Program-made: the position numbers and the translations under genes | Shown: one piece after another, positions 1-7,680 of the stretch | Numbering within the stretch: the first letter of the stretch is position 1 | How the letters are laid out: each line of letters starts with the position of its first letter | The notes under the pieces: generated by a model | Told to the model about the DNA's origin: nothing | Database searches by the model: none | What the model saw: only the letters and a program-made list of their open reading frames with translations | Source of the DNA: Desulfurococcaceae archaeon | Lineage (GTDB): Archaea > Thermoproteota > Thermoprotei_A > Sulfolobales > Desulfurococcaceae | Direction: 5' to 3' | Assembly (NCBI GenBank): GCA_038824035.1 | Contig: JAWBBW010000024.1 | Location: forward strand, 1-15,155 | DNA length: 15,155 nucleotides

Positions 1-2
1 AT

Positions 3-173
3 ACAGTGAGTGGTAAAGTCGACGCAACGAGCTCTAGGGCGGCAGAAGCCGCTGGAACGGCCTCCACAGCGCTCTACCTAGGCGTGATAACATTGATATT
101 CGCATTATTGGCAACAGTGTTCGCGTTACTAGCATACATGACTGTTAAGAAATCAATAGCCGCTCCTAAATAA
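3..173 (+). CDS. 3' end (partial) of a C-terminally membrane-anchored surface protein, possibly S-layer/stalk-like
   Basis: Open frame from the window edge, not in the ORF track: TVSGKVDATSSRAAEAAGTASTA-LYLGVITLIFALLATVFALLAYM-TVKKSIAAPK*. Ala/Ser/Thr-rich helix, TM segment, basic tail, TAA at 171-173. Confidence 0.7.
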   Translation, partial: TVSGKVDATSSRAAEAAGTASTALYLGVITLIFALLATVFALLAYMTVKKSIAAPK

Positions 174-188
174 CCTGGTCTACATAAC

Positions 189-194
189 TTTTTT
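189..194 (+). terminator. Putative archaeal oligo-T terminator
   Basis: T6 run 16 nt after the stop at 173. Confidence 0.4.
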
Positions 195-341
195 CCTGAA
201 TCACACATATTTGTTTTCCCCAAGTCTCCATGGTCATGATTATCACATATTTTCATTACGTGGTTCATTCTCCTATTGATCACTAATATTTTAATACTCA
301 GTATCAGATTGTTTAATCGACAGGTTCAGGGGCTATTTGAA

Positions 342-1286
342 ATGGAGCTGAGAATAAGATTCGAAGCCAGGGATATCGCAATAATTACCGGGCTATTAGC
401 TCTAGTTGTAATGGGTATTTTCATGGTTTTAACAGATTATCGAACAGAGTATGTGTGGATTGTGCCATTAAATGTCCCTAGGAGTTTCTCATGGTATTAT
501 AAGACAAATATCGGCATTGGCGTGGTTAATCAAGTGAGTAATACAACCTCTCTCATAGTGTTCAACGGCATAGTACCAGGTATCCTACTAGGTGAATACG
601 ACGAAGGATATGCCGTGATCATATCGAGGGGGTTCAACGCATATGTCTTGGCAATAGTCGTAGTTGACTTAGCCATGTACATGGTGTTCTTGTTGAAGAC
701 GCGTAGATTAGCTATTAAAGGGGTTTTAGGAGCCCTATCACTGACATTGCTGGCAGTGCTATATGCTATGCCTTTATTAGCCCTAATGCCATATATCGAT
801 TATGGCCATGTGTATGGCAATCACGAGGTCGTAGAGCCATTACAACCACCTGTCCTGAGTATTCCACTCAGTGTTCTCAATTATACCGAGATCCCCGATG
901 CCCACCCAGCACTGAGGTATGTATACAGAGTGTCTGATGAAATAAGAGAGATCTCCTTGGTTCACGTTAATTTCCTTTTCAACGATACGTTGATGCCGGT
1001 AATGTTTGTGAGGGCATTGGTAGACGGCAATGTTGTGAGACAGGAACGCACATATAACACAGCTTTCTATATCTCTCGTGGAGTGGTCGAGATATACTTG
1101 TTTTCCCCACTGCCTTTAAACAACAGCGTATTACTTTATTATAAAGCCGAGTTCAGACAACTCGATCAAGGGATAACACCACTCTTATTCACGATGCCGC
1201 TCTCACTGGTGTTCATAGCAATAGTGCTCAGTGCCCTGCAATTACAGCTGATCAAAACGAGGACACATAGGTGGAATACTGGTTAA
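342..1286 (+). CDS. Hypothetical multi-pass membrane protein
   Basis: Long ORF with about 4 hydrophobic segments (N-terminal, two central, C-terminal) separating soluble domains. ATG 342 preferred over TTG 276 because a TATA-like TTTAATA lies at about 290-296. Confidence 0.75.
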   Translation: MELRIRFEARDIAIITGLLALVVMGIFMVLTDYRTEYVWIVPLNVPRSFSWYYKTNIGIGVVNQVSNTTSLIVFNGIVPGILLGEYDEGYAVIISRGFNAYVLAIVVVDLAMYMVFLLKTRRLAIKGVLGALSLTLLAVLYAMPLLALMPYIDYGHVYGNHEVVEPLQPPVLSIPLSVLNYTEIPDAHPALRYVYRVSDEIREISLVHVNFLFNDTLMPVMFVRALVDGNVVRQERTYNTAFYISRGVVEIYLFSPLPLNNSVLLYYKAEFRQLDQGITPLLFTMPLSLVFIAIVLSALQLQLIKTRTHRWNTG

Positions 1287-1325
1287 AACACTTCAATGGA
1301 TAATTAGGGTATTAAGGGATTTATC

Positions 1326-2279
1326 TTGGATATCATCGGCATAGACACACTCGTCGTGGAAAGGGTTGCAAGGATACTTAGGAAAAACAATTCACGGTTA
1401 AATCAAATAGATGTGTGTGACACAAGGTTTTACCCACCCTGTAGCGAGGACGTTGAAAACACATTGAGGTATTTCATAACAATGGTGGCCATGGATCACA
1501 GGCTTAGTAGGCCTGGTAAACCATACGAGGCGTGCATCGAGGATGGGTGTTTCAAGGGATCAGAGCTATTATATAGACTGGGTATGAAGAAATACGAGGA
1601 AGACATGGAGTTTTTCAATCCAGTGAGGCTTGCATCAATAACAATAGAGGATATCAAGAAATGGCTGAGTATGGGTAAAACATCTCCACCTGATATCGAG
1701 ATACGGGCCATATTACTAAGGGACCTCGGCCAGAAAATCACAAAACTATACAACGGCGAAGTCTCCAAGGTATTGGAGATGTCGGGCAACAGGGTGTACG
1801 GGGATATCTTATCACCAGGTTTCGTGGACAATTTACGTGTATTTAAAGCATACGAAGACCCTGTTGCCAAGAAACCCCTTTTACTGGCTAAATTCCTGGT
1901 GAAACGTGGCTTGTTCAATCCAGTGGACCAATTAGATGTGGCCGTGGATAATCACCTATGTAGGATAGCGTACAGGCTAGGACTAGTGATGGTGTCCGGT
2001 AATCTCTGGGAGAAGATCAAGAGGGGGATAGAAGTATCATGGGAAGAGGACGTATTGCTGAGGCTTTTCGTGAAAAGGTCCTATAGATTATTATCGCAAA
2101 GAGCTGGGATATCGCCGGATATCATAGATGACCATTTCTGGCTAATGGGTAGAGGCATTTGTCTAAAGGACATTGAACCCATGTGTGGTAGGTGTATGTT
2201 CAAGAACACTTGTAGAGCGAGAAACAACGCGTCATTCATGGTTAACGAACACGTGCACTACAATACATGGTATTACTAG
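1326..2279 (+). CDS. Queuosine-salvage (QNG1/DUF2419)-like, HhH-GPD glycosylase-fold protein with C-terminal Fe-S cluster Cys motif
   Basis: DPVAKKPLL, VAVDNHLCRIAYRLGLV (like EndoIII VDTHxxRxxxRLG), EEDVLLR...IIDDHFWLMGR (QNG1-like C-terminal pattern), and C-x7-C-x2-C-x5-C (CLKDIEPMCGRCMFKNTC). Start codon TTG uncertain. Confidence 0.65.
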   Translation: MDIIGIDTLVVERVARILRKNNSRLNQIDVCDTRFYPPCSEDVENTLRYFITMVAMDHRLSRPGKPYEACIEDGCFKGSELLYRLGMKKYEEDMEFFNPVRLASITIEDIKKWLSMGKTSPPDIEIRAILLRDLGQKITKLYNGEVSKVLEMSGNRVYGDILSPGFVDNLRVFKAYEDPVAKKPLLLAKFLVKRGLFNPVDQLDVAVDNHLCRIAYRLGLVMVSGNLWEKIKRGIEVSWEEDVLLRLFVKRSYRLLSQRAGISPDIIDDHFWLMGRGICLKDIEPMCGRCMFKNTCRARNNASFMVNEHVHYNTWYY

Positions 2280-2288
2280 GTGACCTGA

Positions 2289-2654
2289 ATGGACATGGAG
2301 AACACCAGGTCGCGTAGTATTCGTGAAATACTTGGATTGAGCAAACTCGAAAGAGTGATAATGGAGTATTTCATAAGACATATAAGTGTTGGCGAAATAA
2401 TTGCTCTTATAGATCTGAAGGAGGAGATCAAGAAAAGAATTAAGGATGGCGAAGAAGACATTGTGAGGGAAAGAGATGATATATTGATAGCTAAGGAAAT
2501 AGACATAACAATGGCTTTGCTTGTAAAAAAAGGTTTCCTTGTTTATAGGAACGGGGTTTATAGCCTTTCACAATGGATCATAGATATCATAAAGTCGAAG
2601 AAAGGGGGGTTATACCCGGGAATGGCTAAGTCTATTAATGAGTTGTTAGATTAG
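2289..2654 (+). CDS. Small hypothetical protein, winged-helix-like
   Basis: 121 aa; LSKLERVIMEYF...EIDITMALLVKKGFLVYRNGVYSL resembles wHTH helix 1, recognition helix and wing. GGTGA Shine-Dalgarno at 2279-2283 overlaps the upstream stop. Confidence 0.65.
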   Translation: MDMENTRSRSIREILGLSKLERVIMEYFIRHISVGEIIALIDLKEEIKKRIKDGEEDIVRERDDILIAKEIDITMALLVKKGFLVYRNGVYSLSQWIIDIIKSKKGGLYPGMAKSINELLD

Positions 2655-2701
2655 GACAATTGATCGTGGCCGAGTTCATAGCTCAATTAGTTCTGCAAAA
2701 T

Positions 2702-2715
2702 AAAAAATATATATT
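2702..2715 (+). promoter_or_regulatory. Putative BRE/TATA promoter of the sugar-binding protein gene
   Basis: AAAAAA followed by TATATATT in the intergenic gap. Confidence 0.45.
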
Positions 2716-2763
2716 TCCAAACCCCAAGAGTTAATAAAGGGGAGGGCCTCGAAAAGAGCAGAA

Positions 2764-4408
2764 ATGATGATCATAGTTGTCCTAACCATATTGTTGATCG
2801 TGAGCAATATCTTAACATATCAGTTCTCTGCAAGGGTTGAGAGAATAACTGAAACGACAACAATGATCACCACGCGCACGGAGACTATACTAGGACAGAG
2901 ATATCAACAACTACGTTGTTAACAACAATCCCCACAACTATAACCGTTCCGACAACAGTATCAACAACCACAACTATTACAACGACCACGCCCATCACGG
3001 TCACTAGGACGCTCACTGTCACGGAGACAAAGCCGGTCACAGTGGCAGAGGTTACAGGATTGCCATCTCCAGGTGAAATCCAGAGAATGTTCCCAACCAC
3101 TGTTACCATAGAAATACTTGACTCATTCGCAGGTATGCAGGAACACGCCTTCGAGGAGATCACCAGGGCATTCGAGGACTACACTGGTGGTAAGATAAGG
3201 ATTGAGAGAAGTTACACAGATGCTATTATATCGAAGCTAAGGCTACTAGCACTTGACGGTAGATTCGCGGAGATGCCACACATAGTGGGCATGATAGATG
3301 CCGATGTAGCCGCCCTCGTGGCGGCAGGTGCGTTGGAACCAATAGAGGAGTTCGTGATACTCGCGGGTCTTGATCCAAGCGATTTCCAAGCCGATGCATG
3401 GAGAGCGTCATTCATCAAGGATAGGCAATACTATGTGCCAATAGATATACAGCCGTTTGTATTGTATTTTAGGCTAGATTTCGCCAGGCAATACAATGTG
3501 TCACTACCACTGCCGGCTTGCCACTACTACGGCCTTCCATGTTGGAGAAAGCCCTTAGAGACAAGAGAAGACTTCATAGAATGGTTCATGGACGAGGTAA
3601 GTAAGAAAATGCCATTATGGCCGGCCACCCCTACCGGCATAGTTCCATTAGGTTTGCCAGGAGGCGGTTCATGGGAATTCTGGACAGTTGTTGAGACCAA
3701 TGTATTCGCGGGTGATGGGACAGACTGGGACCCGAAACCAGCGTTCACAAGTGAAGAGGCTAAAAAAGCCTACTGGTTCCTCAGAAAGATCGGGACAGTG
3801 CCAGATATCAGTTTGTTCATAGCTTGGTGGGTTCCAATGGATCGGTTGGATGCCTGTATGAGTAATCCACCATACGCTGGACAGGCCAGGGGCACATTTC
3901 TCTGGCCACATGGGACTTGGAAAATAGCGTTATGGGACTTCTACTCTACACAGCCATGTGAGTATGGCGTTATACCATGGCTTAGGGAGACTAGACCATT
4001 TGCCATGAGCCACGTGCTCGCTGTGACTAAGAGAGTGACAATGGCAGATGAATTGACTAAGAAGGCTATATCCATATTCCTGGCGTTTATGTTCCAGCCC
4101 AAATATCAGGGATTATGGGGTGTATACACAGCTCACGCCCCGCTACACTTAGCTCTCAGATATACTATATAACCCTTGCAAGGACAATGCTTGGCGAGAG
4201 AGAGGCTAATGCCAGGCTCATGGTAAGTTACCAAGTTCTTGAATATGGAGTTAAATATGCGCCAAGACATCCCAAGATTAGCACATTGTGGACTATACTA
4301 AATGACCAAATATGGCCAATGACATATCAAAAAGACGCTGACCCCGATTTCATGGCAGAGGTAATACAGGACAGGGTCTTCAGAGAGATGTTACCATTGA
4401 AATGGTGA
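2764..4408 (+). pseudogene. Carbohydrate ABC transporter substrate-binding protein (family 1) interrupted by two frameshifts
   Basis: ATG 2764 gives a signal anchor (MMIIVVLTILLIVSNILTY) and the start of a Thr-rich linker. A -1 shift near 2888 leads into ORF 2916-4172 (GALEPIEE, QYYVPIDIQPFVLYFRLD, typical SBP motifs). A second -1 shift near 4160-4169 leads into ORF 4115-4408 (APRHPKISTLWTILNDQI, SBP-like C-terminus). Confidence 0.75.
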
Positions 4409-4440
4409 TTTTTAACCTCAATCCCTTTTCATCTTTATTT
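4409..4440 (+). terminator. T-rich terminator region between convergent genes
   Basis: TTTTT immediately after TGA 4408, then CTTTTC and CTTTATTT. Confidence 0.4.
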
Positions 4441-4483
4441 AGACCTGAATTAGTTCTCTGGCATGGCTTTAAGGCCAGCGTGA

Positions 4484-5362
4484 TTACCGCGGTTTAAATG
4501 CTATAAACCCCATGGCCTTGTCGTCGAAATATATATTGATAAAGCCAGCTCGTTCAAGCCTGTTCTTCACTCCTTTGAATAAATTAAACCTGCCATGTTT
4601 ACCGGGTTCTCCCGTGTAATGAAATAATCGACCACCTTTTCTCAACACCCTGTATAGTTCTCTATAGAACTCCTCGCTGTACAATTGCCCAGTTGACCGC
4701 GTGAACCTGGGAGGATCATGTATGATCTTAGTGAAGAATTCGGAGGGTAGTTCGTAAACGGCTTTCGTGACATCGTCCTGGTATTTGACGATCCTATTGT
4801 CAGCCAGCGCCTTGCTCCAAGGGTTTCTCTCGGCTATCCACACAACGTTTTCATCGATTTCAAACGTGTATACAATTGATACCCCCTTACGTAGTGATGC
4901 TATCGATGTGTAGCCGAGCCCCATGCACGTGTCGAGGACAACGTCGCCCGGCCCTACGTTGATAGCTCTTATTTTCAATAACGTATCTTTCCAGGGATCA
5001 ATACCCATTATCCTATGCATGTGTATACCATTTATCTCTATTGTAGGGGCCTTGTCCATGCCTATTGCTTTTAACTTGTAATAACCATGCCCTGATGCCT
5101 TAACGACCTCGTATACACGTATCCCTGCATCACCTGTCTCGACAACCACGACTCCATCATCTTTACTGGGCCTTAGGTCGTCTATTTCCAACACAAGACC
5201 CCCTATTTCTACTACATTGCCACGAACACATATCTCTGACTCGGTGACTCCGAGATCCAATGTCGTTCTTACACATTTATTCAAGCCCCGTAAGCGATCT
5301 AGGAGGAAATTCGTGAACCAATACCCGTGGACCGGGTTAAAATCAATGCTTTTTACCAACAT
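4484..5362 (-). CDS. Class I SAM-dependent methyltransferase, archaeal COG2521-like
   Basis: Motif I VLDTCMGLGYT, motif II FEID, motif IV IIHDPPRF, LYRVLRKGGRLFHY, and the conserved-looking PTIEINGIHMH. ATG 5362 follows GGAAAGGT (alternative TTG 5380). Confidence 0.85.
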   Translation of the reverse strand: MLVKSIDFNPVHGYWFTNFLLDRLRGLNKCVRTTLDLGVTESEICVRGNVVEIGGLVLEIDDLRPSKDDGVVVVETGDAGIRVYEVVKASGHGYYKLKAIGMDKAPTIEINGIHMHRIMGIDPWKDTLLKIRAINVGPGDVVLDTCMGLGYTSIASLRKGVSIVYTFEIDENVVWIAERNPWSKALADNRIVKYQDDVTKAVYELPSEFFTKIIHDPPRFTRSTGQLYSEEFYRELYRVLRKGGRLFHYTGEPGKHGRFNLFKGVKNRLERAGFINIYFDDKAMGFIAFKPR

Positions 5363-5756
5363 CGCTACCTTTCCTTGCAATATGCATATCTAGTGGTAAG
5401 AATCTTGTCGCCTTGGAGAGTTTCAATAATTCTTTTCTGAACTCGATGATCCTGGTAGAGATCCCCTCGACCAGTATACTAGCCACATATCCATCTCCCA
5501 GTTTGAAAGTGCATTGCGCTTTCACGATATCAGCGTATTTCAATGTAAGATTGTTATCGATGGGTTTATTTGAATAGAACACTATGACCCCTGTACACAC
5601 ATGTTCCTCGATATCATGTGTGCTCTCGTGCATGTATTCCTCGATCGCGTTTGCCACAATGCTCGATCTATCGCACTTGAAATACTCAGCTAACTTGTCC
5701 AGTTTATCGGCTGTTACAGCCGGTATACTGATGCCGAATCTCCTCTTACAGCTCAT
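5343..5756 (-). CDS. CopG/NikR-like ribbon-helix-helix transcriptional regulator
   Basis: MSCKRRFGISIP...KLDKLAE...DRSSIVANAIEEY is an RHH domain, followed by a His/Cys linker and a NikR-C-like region. ATG 5756 overlaps the permease stop (ATGA). Confidence 0.85.
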   Translation of the reverse strand: MSCKRRFGISIPAVTADKLDKLAEYFKCDRSSIVANAIEEYMHESTHDIEEHVCTGVIVFYSNKPIDNNLTLKYADIVKAQCTFKLGDGYVASILVEGISTRIIEFRKELLKLSKATRFLPLDMHIARKGSDVGKKH

Positions 5757-6616
5757 CGTGGACTCCTCAATAAATATCCTATTATAAACATAGTTATTAA
5801 CACTAAGCCAGTCGTCCCCGTTGGGCTTAATCCAAGTATCAATGATAGGGAAAAGCCAGCAGAGCACGCGAAGATCGATACAAGTATTGTGGAGACCACG
5901 TGTTCTCTCAGATTATCCGCGTAATAAACAGCTGTGATCGATGGTAACAACACCATTACATGTTCCATTATGTAGCCACTGACCCTGAGCAAGGCTATTA
6001 CTGATAAGCCAAGTATAGTGTAGGCCAGCGCGTTAAGTAAGGATACCCTGACCCCGGCTATGCTCGCCGACACCTTGTCAATACTTGTGCTTATCAATTC
6101 ATATATGAAAAATGGCGTGGCTATTAACAACACTAATGCCAATGAAATGATTAAGATAACCTCTTCACTGGTTATTAAGAGAGGGTCTCCGAACACTATA
6201 CTGCTAACAGAGAACCTTACCGGTATACTTGTTAATACATAGTAGGATATTAGGACGCTTAGAGCAGATGTAGAAGAGACCAGGACAGCCGATGCCTTAC
6301 CAGGGTCGAAACCTCTCTCTATCAACATCATCGCCGAGTATATTATTACCAAGCCCATTAAAACAGCGTACACGTATAGATTAACACCTGTATAGTATTC
6401 CAACAAATACCCTAATACCACGCTGAGAAAGCCAGCGTGAGTGATGCCAGCGGCCATGAATTCCAGCCTCTTGTAGTAAACAATGACACTCGTGATCCCA
6501 AAGATTATGCCCATGGATATATATGCGAAGAACCTGCGTGGGTCGTGATAACATGTGATCGATAAAATCACTGACACAGATATGAACGCGATCAGTATTA
6601 ACCATTTCGATCTCAT
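5753..6616 (-). CDS. znuB: Metal (Zn/Mn) ABC transporter permease, ABC-3 family
   Basis: Highly hydrophobic; RLEFMAAGITHAGF, SIVFGDPLLI, SIDKVSASIAGV, LLPSITA motifs. ATGA overlap with the binding-protein gene. Metal specificity not provable. Confidence 0.85.
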   Translation of the reverse strand: MRSKWLILIAFISVSVILSITCYHDPRRFFAYISMGIIFGITSVIVYYKRLEFMAAGITHAGFLSVVLGYLLEYYTGVNLYVYAVLMGLVIIYSAMMLIERGFDPGKASAVLVSSTSALSVLISYYVLTSIPVRFSVSSIVFGDPLLITSEEVILIISLALVLLIATPFFIYELISTSIDKVSASIAGVRVSLLNALAYTILGLSVIALLRVSGYIMEHVMVLLPSITAVYYADNLREHVVSTILVSIFACSAGFSLSLILGLSPTGTTGLVLITMFIIGYLLRSPR

Positions 6617-7632
6617 TTTCTCCGCCTACCGAGTAAGCTCGGGATCATCGATATAGTCACTCCTATGATGACTCCGAGTAATAGTGTCAATGAAGTAGTG
6701 AAGTGGTCGACTGGTTTAAATGGGCATTGCCCGGCGCCCTGTATAGTCATGGTGATATTTCCTATGCCCATCTCCGAGATATTGCTGACCAGGTCTTTGA
6801 GTATACCTATCAACCCCTCTTCGTTACCCATGTCGATTGATATCAATGGCACATTATACCTCTCTGCTAGTTCTCTTAAAACACGTGATTCACTACTTGT
6901 AGCTGGGTACGTTGTGATGGCGAGTAACACTTTATTACTAGAGAACAATCTCTCCAATTCCTGGACGTGGTATGGAGTGGGTTCAATGCCCTCTTCTGGC
7001 TTAACAATCCACGTTGTCTTAAATCCCATCCATTCAACTAGGTATTGGAGCGGTGGCCTATCAATCACGACATTTCCTTTGAAAGTGCCCTTATAGGGCA
7101 ATATGTGGGTTGAGAGCTCTTTTATGACGGTGAGCATGTTTGATATATAGCACTCTGATTTACCCGGGTTAAGTTTTGACAATGTCTCGGAAATATTGAT
7201 CACGAATAACATATAGTTCAATGGATCTCTTATGGGTAGGTGTGGATTAGGTGTATTGGTAACCGGGTTTATCAATAGGGTCAATCCCGGTATCTCCATT
7301 AGATCTATCAAAATAGCCCTGATCTCGCCCTTCTCAACCAGCTCCCTTAGTCTGTGTTCAAACCCTGTGTGTCCAGTCGATACTATTAGATCAGCCTTTT
7401 CGAGCAAATCAATATCGTTTGGCCTTAATTGGTATTCATGTGGATCTATGCCCATTGGGATAAGCGATAAGACATCATCGCCTTGGCATAGTAATCGCTT
7501 GATCTCGATTGCGATTTCGGGGAAAGTGGAGACTATTATTAAGTCGTGATTACTCATCGCCGTGAGTGGCGCTGGCATTGATATTAGCATTATGGAGAGC
7601 ATAAACACCGGTATCAACACCGTCTCACCCAT
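6613..7632 (-). CDS. znuA: Metal ABC transporter substrate-binding protein, ZnuA/TroA family, with C-terminal TM anchor
   Basis: Signal peptide, LIPMGIDPHEYQLRPND, ADLIVSTG..FE, NPHLP, EPT; hydrophobic C-terminus ending in RRRK. ATG 7632 preferred (about 28 nt from a TATA) over GTG 7644. Confidence 0.85.
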   Translation of the reverse strand: MGETVLIPVFMLSIMLISMPAPLTAMSNHDLIIVSTFPEIAIEIKRLLCQGDDVLSLIPMGIDPHEYQLRPNDIDLLEKADLIVSTGHTGFEHRLRELVEKGEIRAILIDLMEIPGLTLLINPVTNTPNPHLPIRDPLNYMLFVINISETLSKLNPGKSECYISNMLTVIKELSTHILPYKGTFKGNVVIDRPPLQYLVEWMGFKTTWIVKPEEGIEPTPYHVQELERLFSSNKVLLAITTYPATSSESRVLRELAERYNVPLISIDMGNEEGLIGILKDLVSNISEMGIGNITMTIQGAGQCPFKPVDHFTTSLTLLLGVIIGVTISMIPSLLGRRRK

Positions 7633-7636
7633 TGAT

Positions 7637-7680
7637 TTGTGCACAATTATTTAAGGGGGTATTAAGTCTATTGTGCACAG
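7637..7680. promoter_or_regulatory. Compact divergent promoter with two palindromic operator-like sites (TTGTGCACAA / TTGTGCACAG)
   Basis: Palindromes at 7637-7646 and 7671-7680 flank TTTAAG (7650-7655, + strand TATA) and TTAATA (7660-7665, - strand TATA). Confidence 0.7.

Noticed and set aside
2845-3045. ACN-rich quasi-periodic sequence resembling a tandem repeat
   Set aside because: Explained by the Thr-rich linker typical of archaeal binding proteins; no exact repeat unit.
5757-5867. N-terminal extension of the RHH ORF in the track
   Set aside because: Lies within the permease gene; ATG 5756 gives a classic ATGA coupling and starts right at the RHH strand.
1307-7666. GGGTATTAAG shared at 1307-1316 and 7657-7666
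   Set aside because: Largely a TATA-like core; the TGTGCACA palindrome is absent at the first site, so no evidence of co-regulation.
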